A stretch of 64,000 nucleotides of DNA from Eledone cirrhosa (GCA_964016885.1 OZ024742.1:333932001-333996000), one strand, 5' to 3'. Positions 40,890-55,272 are shown, counted from the first letter of the stretch. Notes: generated from the letters alone by a model not told the origin. Numbers and translations: made by a program.

Positions 40890-40999
40890 TTGCGAGGTTT
40901 TTCATATGAAATCGTGTGTCGAAGCAAATATTGTTATACTTGGGGTGATGGATAAATGACATTGCGAAATAACATTGAGGAAAGGTGAGGGTTTAAAAG

Positions 41000-41660
41000 G
41001 TAATTATCTTAGTAAAAATCCAAAGAAATACAAAAGCCCAAAGAATGTATGAAATACGTATTTTATAGTAATTCCAAAAGGGGATACCCACCAGATTTCC
41101 GTCAGGAACCCCCTAATAAAAGCTTTTAACCTGATAACCAAGTGCATGACCCTTCACCCTGTTCTAGTTTCTGAATTACATATTCTGGATAGACCCAATT
41201 CTGGATAGACCCAATTAGGACATACACGGCTTCTCCTCCGCCTATTTGTAAAGCAGTATTTACTTTGTAAATATTCATGAAATAATTGACTAAAAGTGGG
41301 CTGGATAAGGATTGTTTTTATTCCTCTCAAAGTTTCTCATAACACTATGTTGTGATAGCCTTCCAGCAGAGAAATATTTGAACATATTTATTTCCAATGA
41401 AGTGAAATAAGATACAAGAATCTGGTCAGATGAACTCAGGAATGGTGCAATGATCAGATAATATATTATAAATTTTCCTCTCAGCCCTTTTCCCTTTTGT
41501 GTGTGAGATAGACACATTATAATATAAGTTCGTCGTAGTTACGTTTAGCCTGCAGACATATACCATTCTAGATACCAAGCACTTTAAACCTGCAATATGA
41601 CCAGTGGCAGCCCCTAAGATGTATGAACCCAACAAGCAAACCTATGTATATTTGAAACGT
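41000..41660 (-). mobile_element. Probable decayed PLE reverse transcriptase fragment
   Basis: NVTTTNLYYNVSISHTKG..IPEFI..LEINMF resembles PLE RT motif A region; many disruptions. Confidence 0.4.
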
Positions 41661-43025
41661 AAAGCTTACCATGATGAAATTCAAACTCGTAACGTTAAGA
41701 GACGCATATAGTAGTTGTGAACCAATTATAGACTTGGAGACCTATGTCAGCAGACACACATATCAAATGAAGCTATTGTTCAGTAATAAAAGCAATGTAA
41801 ATACATTAATAAATATTGCAATATATATTGATCATTTTTATCGATCTAACATTATCGATAGTGTTAATAACTATGATAATAACGCCACTGCTGATGTTTA
41901 TGCCGTTGCTGAATGTTTATCTAATTGGAAGAGACTTACAGTCGATGTCGTTCCGATAAAGACCATCCCCTCTTTATTACTCAGATATACTGTATTAATT
42001 ACAACTCTAAATAAAATCTTTGGCTCTTGGGTTTTCATTTTCTTGAGTTAGCATGATGTAATTTGAAAGACAAGTAGCAGATATTTCTAGTAAATTGTTG
42101 TTCCTCGGTTAGGATGAGGTAGATGATGTTGACGATAATGATGAAGATGATGACGGTGGTGATGAAGCCATTGATGATTGATGATGTTGATGATGATGGT
42201 GGTGGTGGACGTGTTGATGGTGATAGCATTAATTGATGGTTAAGCATTAATCTGTAGAAAATATCTGCTAGATTTTCTCTTTGTCGACAACTCCGTTCAT
42301 TTAAGATAATAATTTAAGATAAAAATCGGCACAATAAATGCTTTCTATATATCTAGAACATAATTTTACACATCAAACAAAATATAGAAATTGGTTTAGA
42401 CTTACGACAGGTATTGAGTTCGTTATCTATAGAACATATCAAATACATGTACGATATATATATATATATATATTTGCATGCATGTGAGTGTGTATGTGAT
42501 AGTTGCGTGTTCTGGTGCCAAGCAGCGTTGATGCTAGCCGAGTATTTCCGGGTTTTATGGTTTACACTGTAACACAATTTGTTTCGTTATCGATGCTAGG
42601 ATCATCAAAATCATGATGCTCTTTTAAACATTGCAATCATTCTTCCATTAGAATGTTTACCTCTTGTTGACTGGTCGCTTTCTTCTTTCGGTGTTGTTGT
42701 TTTTTTACCTTAAAACATTAGCCACATCTATAATGAAGCGTTTTGCGCATCGCGCTTCAATCCGTCATTAATCTTCCTACTGTCAATGTGAAGTACCACC
42801 AGAGCGAGGTAGAATATGGTTTGTCTAGTCCCAAATGCACGATATTTAAGCTCACACGAACCAATTGAAACTGCCATAATTGATTTTCACACATCATTTA
42901 TTTCGTCGGATTTTATATACTTCGATTCATGAACTCATTGCATATCGCATTCTCAAGATTACCTTTTTGTCGAGGCAGGCCGTAATATTAAGGCCGGTCA
43001 TGACATTGTTTGGGGATATTAACGC

Positions 43026-43124
<99 letters not shown>

Positions 43125-44282
43125 ACATATATATATATATAATAGAAATGGCTTCTACAGGACTAGAACTGTTTCGTTCGGGATATATATATATATATAC
43201 ATATATACATGTATAATTAGGTGATTCAGTAGATATGTAGTTTATTGGGCGAAGTACCAATATTAGCACTTTATGTTACACCAGAGTATATACATTGAGA
43301 AGAAAAGAACATGGTTTCTCATTGATATTTTAATTGATTAGGATCAACGGACTTCTCATACGTAGGAGGATTAGGATCCGTATTAATGTTATAGACCGGA
43401 CTTTATCCACAATCTGCTGAGCAGATTGTGAAGATCGGAGAAGGAAACGTGTCTATTACACAAATATGTATCCTGAGTCACGGATCTGTGAAACGTTCGT
43501 AACATGTAACCCAGTACAACATGTCTCATGTTCAGATCATCGGTGACTAAACCAGCAACCCCACCAAACTTGTTTGATGAGGGGGAGGGTGATATTTGGA
43601 CACCCTGCGAGATGAAATACAAGACCTGGCAAAGGGCGGAGAAACTCAGCAGATTCAACGGCCTTCCAATTGGCTGAGGGCTGTCGTTGTATTTTCCGTG
43701 GCAAACATTTCAACCGACGATATGTGTCTTCAGTTCCAAAAGTTTGGATCGTCCTACACAAGTCTTCACCACATAAAACAAGACTTTGTGTGGGTAGTTC
43801 AACATCAGTTTACTTTGTAACATTTAATTTTTGTTGGACACTGATACGGCGAAAGTCCATCATACATATGCATATATTTATGTGTGTATGCATGTGTGTG
43901 TCTGTGTGTATGTGTGTTTGTGTATTCAGACACTAAGGTTCTGACGGGCGTATATGAATTGGTGAAGCATAATACCAATTAAACTGACAAGTTTATGGAA
44001 TGAAGTGTACGTTTTAGTCCAGTCAGTAATTAGTGTTCCTAATTAACGTACCACCATTGGTGTATAGATTTTGATGTAAAAACACGAGCTATCATTTCCA
44101 CACATGTACACATAATAACGTTTTTCTTTCTCTTCTAATTTAGGCCCCACCTCTTCACCATCACCGATATCGCTTTCTCAGTTGAAAATTGTTTTGTTGT
44201 GTACGCTGGTACACCATTTTATTTAGCATTAAATGCATCTGTCTTTATTTTATGATTGGATGTATTGATTTATAAACGGTGT

Positions 44283-44313
<31 letters not shown>

Positions 44314-44341
44314 GCATATATATATGCATATATATATATAT

Positions 44342-44398
<57 letters not shown>

Positions 44399-44414
44399 TA
44401 TATACATATATATA

Positions 44415-44820
44415 CGTGGAGAAGTAAAATACAGAACAGACCGCTAAAACATGTTTATTTAAAATAGCACCTACCTACCTCTCGCCCGAATGGGCTTCTC
44501 AAGTGCATGACAACTAAAAAGTGTTCCTTACATGACACGGAATAGATTTTTAGAAATAAGTTCAAGTCAGAGTTCATTCTTCGTAAAAAAACACGTTTTG
44601 ATTTTGCAGTAGGTCAAGAGAGATAACTCTGGCCGGTGTTAGGGCAGTCCTTTCAGGGCAAATTTGTTATCCGATACAAGCATGGGGTTACTACCTTCCA
44701 TTGCCGATACGCACAGGGCCAGGTATGCAACGTTTGTTTCAAGACGTTTGTTAGCTGCGCCTGCTCGCCTGGGTCGATTCATGCCGGGTCTGGGATGCAT
44801 GGTTAGTTTCCGGATGTTTT
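44415..44820 (-). mobile_element. Diverged 3' end/pLTR of a PLE related to 168-3879, with decayed hammerhead at 44467-44506
   Basis: Aligns by eye to about 335-660 (AAAACATGTTTATTTAAAA, GGGCTTCTCAAG, AACTCTGGCCGGTGTT). Confidence 0.8.
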
Positions 44821-44827
44821 TATATAC

Positions 44828-44931
<104 letters not shown>

Positions 44932-45223
44932 GAAAATAGATAGATAAATAGATAGATAGATATGTTTCTTTATTAGCCACAGGGGCACAAAAGAAGGGGA
45001 CAAATACACAGGGGAAAGTTTACATACAATAAAAACGTGTAAAATATTATCACAAATGCAATTTAAAAAATTAGTCGATTTTCCCCAATAGGGGGAGACA
45101 GTTTTTATGGGTAACACATACCCCCGAAAAAACCTTCATCTCCAGGAGTACGAAGAGTTTGTACTCCTTTCCTCTCCTCCTCCTTTTCCCCAGCCTACAG
45201 GCTGATATAGAGAGAAGGCCCAT

Positions 45224-48200
45224 TCACTTGGGCCATTCTCGCCACTTCACCCACTTTTCATAAAACTTGCTGGGGTACAGCACATCTCTCTCCATCCTGA
45301 TTCTTCTTCCAAAGTGGTATTTGAAAAAAAGAATCAGTTGTTGGCCGGAGAGAAAGGTGTCTGACCTCAGCCCTTTCAACCTTGTCCACCATACAACCTC
45401 TTTCGCCATAGCTATCACACAAAGGAAAACCGCCTTTCCTTCGTTTTTGAAGGAGGGTGGCGGTTTGATCATGAAAATGGAAACGGTGGTCAACCGGATT
45501 GGTCTCACCCGCGACAATAGTCGTTCTACATAGCCCCACAGGTCAGTGACGCCCGGGCAGTGTATGAATGCGTGCGCGACGGTTTCTTCGTTACGCACGC
45601 ACCTCGGACAGATCTTTTTTGTAGAGTCCCTGCCCGGGCGCCCGTGTCTGTAGAGCTTGTCTCGAACTGGTAGAGCACCTCGGTAGCACTGCCAGGCCAG
45701 GGACTTTTGGAAGTTGTCCATCAGTCCCGGGCGGAAGGTCCTACCGAACAGACTCGACAGTTCATCTTCCTCTACGCCTAGAGTTTCACCGAGCGCGTCG
45801 TCGCACTTGCTGCGGATCAACCCTCTATAGAATGACGAAGTGGAGTCTCCACTGATCGCCGGGTCCGCCTGCCAGAGTGCTGTGAGCGCCTGAGCACATT
45901 CGATGTGCCAGTCGGCCATTTTCCTCGCTCTTTGCTTGACCCAGAACTGCAGCTCGGTCAGCGAGACGAGTCGTGGGAAGGCTCGCCTCACGAACGGGGC
46001 CCACACCAGTTGTCCGGTGAGGAATACGTAGAGATGCCGCAGCCTGAGTGCGTGTTTGCGCATCGTCAACCACGGCAAACCCAGCCCTCCGTTAGAAGGG
46101 TGTTGGCAGCAGATGGAACTTCTCACCAAAGGAGCCCGCTTCTTCCAAAGGAATTGGAAGAGCGCGCGCTCCATTTCGGCGAGCGTTTTGGCTGGACAAG
46201 GCAGGACGGTCAAGCGGTAGTAGATGGCGGACGCTATAAAAGTGTTCGCCACCTCCGCTCGACCTTTCAAGTATAGTTTGCACTCGGCCCACTTCTGGGT
46301 GAGTGCAAACCCCTTGGCCGTCACTTCGTTTCAGTTCTTCTCCACCTGGAGGTCCGGACCAAACCAAACCCCGAGCAGCTTTACCGGTCCTTCCGTCCAG
46401 CGCCCGATGACGCCATCGGAAGGCATCGGTTTGCCTCTCCACGATCCGAGTTGCAAACCGATGGACTTGTCCCGGTTCAGCTTCGCTCCTGTGAAACTTT
46501 CGTATTCCTTCAATAAGATGCCGACTTCCTCGATTTGCGAGGCGCTCGACAATCTACTGTCCCGTCGGCGTAGGCCGACGCCGCTTTCCGCAGTCCCGGT
46601 TCCAGAGGGATGCACTGCAATAGCTCCAACTTCCGCAGTAGTGGCTCGAGAGTCAGTACGTACAAAAGGGAGGAGAGAGGGCATCCCTGTCGAATGGATC
46701 GCGTAATATGGAACGGCTCCGAGAGGTAGCCGTTCACCTTGACCCTTGAGCAGATGTTGCCGTTGTGCATTGCAGCAATCCAGTCTCTTAACACGGTTCC
46801 GAAGCCTGCCGCCTCGAGCACCGCAACCAGGTAACGATGGTCAACCCTATCGAAAGCCTTAGACTGATCCAAGTTGATCAGGGCCCCACCGAAGCCGGGT
46901 TTACACCCTACCCTCTCTAAGATGTATCGCAATAGGTGGAGGTTGTCGTGTATGGACCTGGTCGGGATTGCGCATCTCTGCGCTTCTCCCACCAGGTTCT
47001 CGACGACAAGCGCCAGCCTCTTTGCCAAAACCTTGGCCAAAATCTGTAACTCTGTGTTTAGCAGAGTTATGGGGCGGAAGTTGCCTATGTCATCCCCTTT
47101 ATTCTCGTCCTTCCTGACTAGTGTGACCCCGCCCCCGGTTACAGAACTGGGAATTCTCCCGTTCTGTTGCCAGTTGCAATAGACCGCTTCCAGGAGACGG
47201 GAGAATAAGTCCGGTATTACTACGTAAAATTAGTAGGGTAGACCGTCGAGACCTGGAGATTTGCATTTGCCGCATTGGCTAAGCGCGTCCCCTATCTCAG
47301 CGGCTGAAATCGGCTTTTCGCAGATCTTTGCCTCGCTGTCCGAGAGTCGCAGTAGGCCGTCGAGGTATGGACCGATATCCATAGCCCCTTCCGGCGCGCC
47401 GCGCCGCCCGAACAGTTGAGCAAAGTGCCGCTGAAAGGCCGTACACATCTGCTTCGGCTCACGTTACACGCGTCCGTTTTGGTCCTTCAAAGACCGAATC
47501 GTGGACCTGTTGCCACTTTTTGCCACCGTCACTCGGGCCCAGCTAACAGCTTTGGCTCTCTCGTTTCCCAGAGCACGTATTTTGCTTCTGACAACGCAGC
47601 TCTCGTGCTTTGCGTTGAAGAACTGGTCCAAGGGCGTTCTCGTTGCTAGCACGCTGGCTACGTTGCCACTTCTAATTGCCTCTTCTACTTTATCTACCAG
47701 TTCCTTCTCGGTTCTATTTCCATCTAACGCTAATTCTTTACTAAAAGCTAACGAGTCTAATCTAACTGCCCTCTTGCGAGAGTACCACCATCTGTTGTTG
47801 ATAATGGCCCCTGTCAAGTGCTGTGTAACTAAAGTTCGTAATCCGTCTACTGTAGGCTTTGCTTGTCGGTAACGACAAGTTCAGATTCCAGTAGCCGGGT
47901 CCTTGTCTATGGGTTCTATCAAGGTTGGCCATGCATGGCACTAGTTTGTGATCTGAATAGGCAACCATGAACATTTGTGGACAGCTTAACATGTCCCTAT
48001 CCTTATTTCTAACTAGAACCCTATCTAGGTACGATCTAGATGTTCCGCTTCGATTAGTCCACGTCCACAGTGGCACAAGGGAAAATCTAGTCGATATCTA
48101 TCGGCCAGGTCAAATCGGTCGATTAACTGTCCGAGGCTGTTACACCCCCCTTATTCGGGACATGCTCCCGCATACTCCCAACGTACATCTAGGATTCCAT

Positions 48201-48626
48201 TCCAGTCCCCCACTAAAAGCAAGGAGCGGGAAGTTCCCAGAAAAGTCTCTAGACGTTTGAAGAAGTCTGGCCATGGTGTCCCGGATGGGGTATATGCAGC
48301 CACCAGCCTGAAGGCTCCACCTTCACTACCGTCAACGTCTAGGACCACCAGTCGACCCTCCGGGTCCAGATGTACCGTCTGTGTTACGAGGCCCAGGTGT
48401 TTCCGCAGCAACACGGCAACTCCGCCCCATCCCCCGGTTGACAGAGAGATGCGTAGATCTCAAAGTCATCGAAGATGGGGGCCAGCTGTCGCTCGCTGTG
48501 GATCCTGGACTCGCAAATGGCTACCACATCCATACTGTGCAACCTGAGGTCGTTTAAGAGTTTGCCCTGTTTCCAGGGCCTCCCCAGGCCGCGTATGTTC
48601 ACACATCCAACTCTTATATTGGCCAT
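45224..48626 (-). pseudogene. LINE ORF2 pseudogene (apurinic endonuclease + reverse transcriptase + zf-RVT)
   Basis: VNIRGL, VVAICES, VGDWN, SYLDRVLV, SDHKLV, KSPGLDGLP, LDQSKAFDRVDH, IRQGCPLS, AYAD, CPRC..EETVAHAFIHC across frameshifted ORFs. Confidence 0.93.
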
Positions 48627-48629
48627 GTT

Positions 48630-50480
48630 GGTGCTGAAAAGTTAAAGAGGAAAAGAGATCACTCACCCTTCGTGTCCTGGGGACCAGGCTGCACGATTTC
48701 CATGGGTTGTTGGAGGGGTTGTCTGGGTGGGTGGTGGTTTCCGGCGGGGTGGGGACGGAGATGTTTGGTGGGGTGGGGCCTGGTGGGATGGGGGTGTCTG
48801 GGGTGGCGAGACATTTGAGAAGGACGCGGTTAAGTGGTTTCACGCAGGAATTCCCCACATCCTTTTCAAATGTTTCTTTTAGTGACCTATAAGTTTGTAT
48901 AGGGACCCTAATCAGTTTTAGGTTCAGTTTTTTGTTATTTTTAATAGAGTGGGCGAAAGTTTTCCCTTCGGTTTTCACCGAAGGGTCGTTCGTGATGATC
49001 TCCATTAGTGTTTTGTTTTCAGTGTTTATGTAAGTGTAAGTGTAATTTTCTTGTGTTGTGTTTGTTTTTGTCTGTAGTTCTTGTGTGTGCTTTCGTTTTG
49101 TTGTAGGTATTTTGTTTTCAGGAGGTGGGGTTTTGTTTGTGATGTTTTTTGTTGTTTGAGTTGGTGGTTGTATGTTTGTGGTAGTGTTTGCTGGTTTTTT
49201 GCTTTTGTGATGTCTTTTCTTTCTTTTCGAGCGATGGGGTTCTCCCTCGTCTTCACTGGATGATGGTGAGATAGCCTCATCTGTTGTATCGTCTGTGTCA
49301 TTGGGGAAGGGTATGTCTTGGGGAGCTATTGTGTCTGTATGTGATTTTGCAGTGGTTTTAGGTGGAGTTGGGTTGGGTGGGACTGTGTTTGTTGTGGTTA
49401 TTTTTGTGTGTTGGTGTTGTTGTTGTTGTGGTGGTGTTGGTGGTTGTGTTGTTTTGATGGGTGTCGGCAGATGAGCCTTTTTTTTACTCATTAATTTAGG
49501 ACAGGAAGCCCTCAGGTGACCCATGCTAAAGCAATGGTAACATGAAGACCGCCTTACCTCAACCGAAAATTTTATGTAGGTGAGTCCGTCCAGGAGTACA
49601 CGTTGTGGGATCATAGCTATTCGCTCTGGGCTCATTTCCACCAGAACTTCAACGCTAGTCCCATTGAATACATCTCTGGGGGACTTTCCTACTGACAGTA
49701 TTCTGTCTTCATCAAAATTGATGAAGCCGCACAGTATCCACCATATGTTCACCTTTGGTGTGACACTCGTGATTTTAATCTTTTGTGTCCTTTTTCCCAT
49801 GTATGTAGGGAAAAAAGGTATACAGGTTGGATACAATTGGCGACACAGAGTAATTTTGGGCCGTCAATTGATCCTTCATGAGTACCGAAATACTCCCAAA
49901 GAGTTTGCTTCTTTGAATGAATGCAATATCATTCATTGAATTTTTGAAAACCAGTTCAATTTCTTTCTGTGACAATTGGAGTGGTTTTCGGGTAGAATTG
50001 GAAACTATCCTAAAAACTATCGTTTTGAGAGCAGTTTCCGGGCGAATTTCTACCGGAGAATTGATGCTAAATGCACCATTTTTTCGAAAGTGACATATCT
50101 CCTAGCGTTGTTCGGCATTTGTTATGTCGAGATATGTCAGTTCCTCCTTTTTCTGAACTGTCTGGCAAAGGAGATTTTTGGTTTCTTTGTGGAATTATCC
50201 GTGTTGGTGGTGTTGTCATTATTGTTGTTATTGTTGTTGTTATTCTTGTTGTCACTGATGTTGATAGTATTCGTATTTTCCTTGGTGTTGGTGTTGGTGT
50301 TGTTGTTGTCTTTGATGCTGGTGTTATTGGTGTTGTCTTTATTTTTTTCTTTGTTGTTGTTGTCATTGTTGTTTTTATCATCATTATTGGTGTTGTTATT
50401 TTTGTTGTCGTTGAACTGTTTGGTGTCATTTGTGTTGTTTGGATATGAATTTGTTTTTACATTTTCATTTCGTAGTATCT
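48630..50480 (-). pseudogene. LINE ORF1 (gag-like, CCHC zinc knuckle, Asn/Thr/Pro-rich regions), frameshifted
   Basis: ORF 48466-49836 has CYHCFSMGHLRASC; upstream fragments 49775-49975 and low-complexity 50067-50480. Confidence 0.8.
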
Positions 50481-50781
50481 AGGGAAGAAGACGATCTTGA
50501 CTGCGAGCTATGTAGTCTTACCGACTCTCCAGCACCATTATCGTTGAACGCAGCGTTCATAACGTAATCAAACTTCTTACGATACTTTTTCCAAAATTCG
50601 ATGGAGAAAAGATTTTTCAAACGAATATTTCGCCCCTGTAGGGGCGAAAATGAGTTGACCTGCCACCTGAAGGTCCAGACGGGGGGTCAAGTTACACAGT
50701 AATATACAATTTAACTAAAAACTCACGTTTTTTTCTTACATAAAATAACGGAAACTTCTCCGCGAAGTTACACACGTCAGA

Positions 50782-51480
50782 GTGTATAGAGGAGCCAGAA
50801 CCAAATGGGAAAAAATGGTAAATAATGACACAAATGGGGCCTGCCCCTTGTATAGGAGCAAATTTTGGAATAGAATAGAAAGTACTAGGAATAAGGCTAA
50901 TATAATAAACTCATGGTATAATAGCAATAAATACCAGAGTGTAATGTTCATCGATACAACCCCTAGAGGTGAATTAGCTTACACATTTAGAAGGGCCCTA
51001 TATAAACATAAACTCAATATTAAGATAGTAGAAAGACCAGGTACCTCCGTAAAAACACTTATTAGCAAGACATACCCTTTTCAAAGACCCCCCTGTATAG
51101 ATAAGAAATGTATAACCTGTAAAATAAGCCCCCATATAAACTGTAAAACTAGAAATGTAGTGTATAGCATAAGATGTACTGAAGGACAATGTAGAGACAA
51201 AAAAAATATAGTGTACATAGGTGAGACAGCTCGTAGTGTAGGGGAACGGATAAATGAACACTGGCGAGACCTTCAAGATAGTAAAGAATCATCTGTACTC
51301 TACCAACATGCTAAAATTGAACATAAGGGTAAATTAGAGAACATAGAAATAAAAATAGAATCTACAAACAGAAAAGACGCAATGTTTAGACAAATCACAG
51401 AGGCAATTAACATAAAAGAATTACAACCAAAATTAAATAGAAAATATGATTGGAACAGCAACATCACAACTTACAATTAA
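50782..51480 (+). CDS. PLE C-terminal fragment: Cys-rich linker + GIY-YIG endonuclease (5'-truncated open frame)
   Basis: CIDKKCITC..CKTRNVVYSIRC..YIGETARS..ERINEH..RQITEAINI..PKLNRK. Confidence 0.88.
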   Translation: MYRGARTKWEKMVNNDTNGACPLYRSKFWNRIESTRNKANIINSWYNSNKYQSVMFIDTTPRGELAYTFRRALYKHKLNIKIVERPGTSVKTLISKTYPFQRPPCIDKKCITCKISPHINCKTRNVVYSIRCTEGQCRDKKNIVYIGETARSVGERINEHWRDLQDSKESSVLYQHAKIEHKGKLENIEIKIESTNRKDAMFRQITEAINIKELQPKLNRKYDWNSNITTYN

Positions 51481-51681
51481 GGACAAAATGAAAACACACG
51501 CGCACATAGAACAAACAACCAACCAGTAACATGTAAATAAACAAATAAATAAACAAATATAAACACACACAGACACCCGGATGTGGCGCATGCGCAGACT
51601 GAGCACACAACACACACACAGAAACAAGATGGCGTAGGACAGAACAAAGGAGAGGCACAAAAACAAAGAAAAGAATCCCCA

Positions 51682-51724
51682 GTCACTGAAGAGGTCACAT
51701 AATGTATGACGAAAGAACTTTGAC
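51682..51724 (+). ncRNA. Type-I hammerhead ribozyme in PLE 3' pLTR
   Basis: GUCA-CUGAAGA-G-GUCA(9 nt)UGAC-GAAAG-AA-CUU-UGAC, 200 bp after the GIY-YIG stop. Confidence 0.78.
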
Positions 51725-51825
51725 AATATATAAACAACCATCTGGTTTTGGAACCAACCAACCAACCGGAAATTTATAAATTCCTAAGTTTATAAATTTA
51801 TTATAATAAATTGAAGTGAAAGCAA

Positions 51826-51934
51826 CTGGTGCGTGTGTTACTTATTGGCAACATGACCCTCCCAAAGTATAACAATATCGGTTTCAACACACGTTTTCAG
51901 ATAAAGAATATTGCTAAACAAATTCATAAACGAA

Positions 51935-51935
<1 letters not shown>
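51826..51935 (-). repeat. Short dispersed repeat adjoining (TA)n (also 13618-13707 +, about 40886-40945 + diverged)
   Basis: Reverse complement of 13618-13707 (GTGTGTTGAAAYCGATATTGTTATACTTTGGGAGGGTCATGTTGCCAATA). Confidence 0.75.
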
Positions 51936-52009
<74 letters not shown>

Positions 52010-52024
52010 TATATATATATATTA

Positions 52025-52101
<77 letters not shown>

Positions 52102-52955
52102 AATGTCAATCATTGTAAGTTTGAATCTGTCATGCAAAAACATAGATATAATAAATTAAGCTCAAATTGTAATAGATTCAAATATCACAGAAAGAAAGAG
52201 AGAGAGGATGGGGAGAGAAATGAGCTGGAACAGAAATGAAACATGGATTACAGGTTAAAATATAGTTTAGATAGATGTGAAAGAAAATGAGGATGTAGTT
52301 TATGGAAGACCCAAATGTCTTAGAAATCGACCTTAAGTAGGAGCAATAATATTTAAAAAGACATGAATGACACCACAACACTTAGTTTTGAAAATTTTGA
52401 AAGTACGTTTATAAATATGAATTTTCATAGTTGTCCCTGTGGCCTATCGGTATGTACTAGAGACGGTTGAGATCCGGGCCTTGAGTTTAATCCTGTCAAG
52501 ATGTACATGTAACATTTTTCAGTTTTTATTTTACATAAAAAACTGAAATGGTTTACTGGGAACCCTACTCCCAACCAGGATCATCAACGTCTACGATTCC
52601 TCCAAGTAGGCCACCGAGACAGCTACAAAAGTCCATTGAAAATTGATAATTATAAATCTACTTTCAAAATTTAAAAATGTGTGCTCTCCTTCCTGGCTTC
52701 CAAGAGCTATTAGTAATATGTAGAGTCGACCTCTGGTCATTATTGAAAGTCTCTGGATTTCGCAAATTATATAATATTTTTTATTGAAGAAGCTAAGATA
52801 TTTTTCCGCAGAAATTTGAGAGGACTGTTTTGTTGCCACTTAAGTATTTTTCGAAAATGTTATTTATTCATTATTAAAAGTTAAATTATAGCATTCTATA
52901 TGTAGGTGGGCCCCCTTCATCTCCTGGCAACCAATATTTTTAGACCCTGTCCGCC

Positions 52956-53036
<81 letters not shown>

Positions 53037-53855
53037 GTGTGTGTGTATGTGTGTGTGTGTAAGAGAGAGAGTGAGAGAGTGTGTGTGTGTGGCATATATA
53101 TATATATATATACGTACACACACATGTGTGTGGGTCAGTGCATCTTATATTGTGTATGTATGATATACAATATCTGATGGTTTTATATGAGTGTAAATGG
53201 TTTCATTTTATTCTACATTTGTGGAGGCTTTTAACGAATATCTGCTGGGAAATTGGGAAGGTATGAATAAAAGAAATGGGTAATGTTGTTTTTTAACCCC
53301 TTGTTTTATTCATTGTCATCTCTGTTGGTTTTCTCAGCTGAATAGCGAAGGCAAGCTATTTAAGAGGACCGAAAGTGTATGTAGGCGAGAGAGAGAGGGA
53401 GAGCGTGTGTCTGAGAGAGAGAGAGGAGGGGAGATACAGAGATATATAGAGAGGGGAAGAAAGAGAGAGAGTGGGGAGATGCGGGAATATCTCGCTTCAT
53501 TTATTCGTAAGCGCTCCTGATTGAGAAAAATATAGTTTATTTAGCAAAGAATGGTGTGAAACGAACAGTATGTGGGAGTGTAGGTGTTGTAAAAGATATG
53601 AGCTTTACTGATAAATTCGAAACCAACTTTGGCTGAGGTTACTTATTAATGAGGTTTCGTTTGGAATTAAAGCAAAGATGCAACAAAAAGGGGTTTGCAT
53701 CTCATCAATAGTTAATCAATCGTAAGTTACTTTGAAGGTGACCCCCACCCCTAAAAGATGAAGCATCTCACATAATCGATAAAACTTTCAGATTTTAGCA
53801 ACGAAGAATCGATATTAATTGGCATTTCAACATACATATATACGTATGCATATAC

Positions 53856-54005
53856 AGGTATAGCTGTGTGTTTAAGATATCGCCTTCCAAATGCAGGTTG
53901 TTCTGGGTTCATTCCCACTTAACAGCAAATGTTTTCTACTATAGCTGCGGGTGAAACAATACCATGTGAGTTAAATTTGGTAAACCGAATCTTTAGCCCG
54001 TCGTA
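53856..54005 (+). mobile_element. tRNA-derived SINE (octopus OR-like), decayed
   Basis: TAGCTGTGTGTTTAAG head, GGGTTCATTCCCACT B-box, TTCTACTATAGC..GCCCGTCGTATATG tail. Confidence 0.6.
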
Positions 54006-54236
54006 TATGTATATATATATATATAAATATATATATATAAGTATGTATACGTACATATATATATGTTTGCATGTATGTATATATATATATACACACTATT
54101 GTACGTCTGTATACATATATGTATGTACGTATACATAATTATATTTAAGTAACAGCCGTACTAAGAGTGAGAAATGACATTTCGTTTCATTTTTTCCGTT
54201 TAATATATATATATATATAAATGAAGGGTATAGAAA

Positions 54237-54802
<566 letters not shown>

Positions 54803-54807
54803 ATATG

Positions 54808-54905
<98 letters not shown>

Positions 54906-54906
54906 A

Positions 54907-55126
<220 letters not shown>

Positions 55127-55150
55127 GTATATATGTATATATATATATAT

Positions 55151-55272
55151 GTGAAGGCGTGTGGCTGAGTGGTTAAGGAATTGGATTCGCAATCGTAAGG
55201 TTGTGAGTTCGATTCCTGGACCAGGCGATGCGTTATGTCCTTGAGCAAGACACTTAATTTCACGTTGCTCCT
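55151..55272 (+). mobile_element. tRNA-derived SINE (second family), 5' part
   Basis: TGGCTGAGTGGTTAAG A-box, GAGTTCGATTCC B-box, TCCTTGAGCAAGACACTT. Confidence 0.8.

Larger units (their letters stand above)
44940..50781 (-). mobile_element. Near full-length Tx1/L1-clade LINE, decayed
   Basis: ORF1 with CCHC knuckle, ORF2 APE-RT-zinc domain, AATAAAGAAA end followed by (TATC)n tail; 5' boundary approximate. Confidence 0.92.

Noticed and set aside
41183-41216. Short tandem duplication (also a roughly 35-bp one at 61733-61800)
   Set aside because: Ordinary slippage duplications within decayed elements.
41671-42051. 126-aa ORF with ATG
   Set aside because: No recognisable domain; AT-rich composition compatible with chance.
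53330-53530. Possible minus-strand promoter (TTAAATAG, TCAG initiator-like, CT-rich tract)
   Set aside because: Short motifs are common by chance and no downstream exon is supported.
55155-55225. Possible tRNA genes here and at 32688-32755 and 23460-23515
   Set aside because: A and B boxes are present, but the acceptor stems do not close and SINE body sequence follows or decay is evident.
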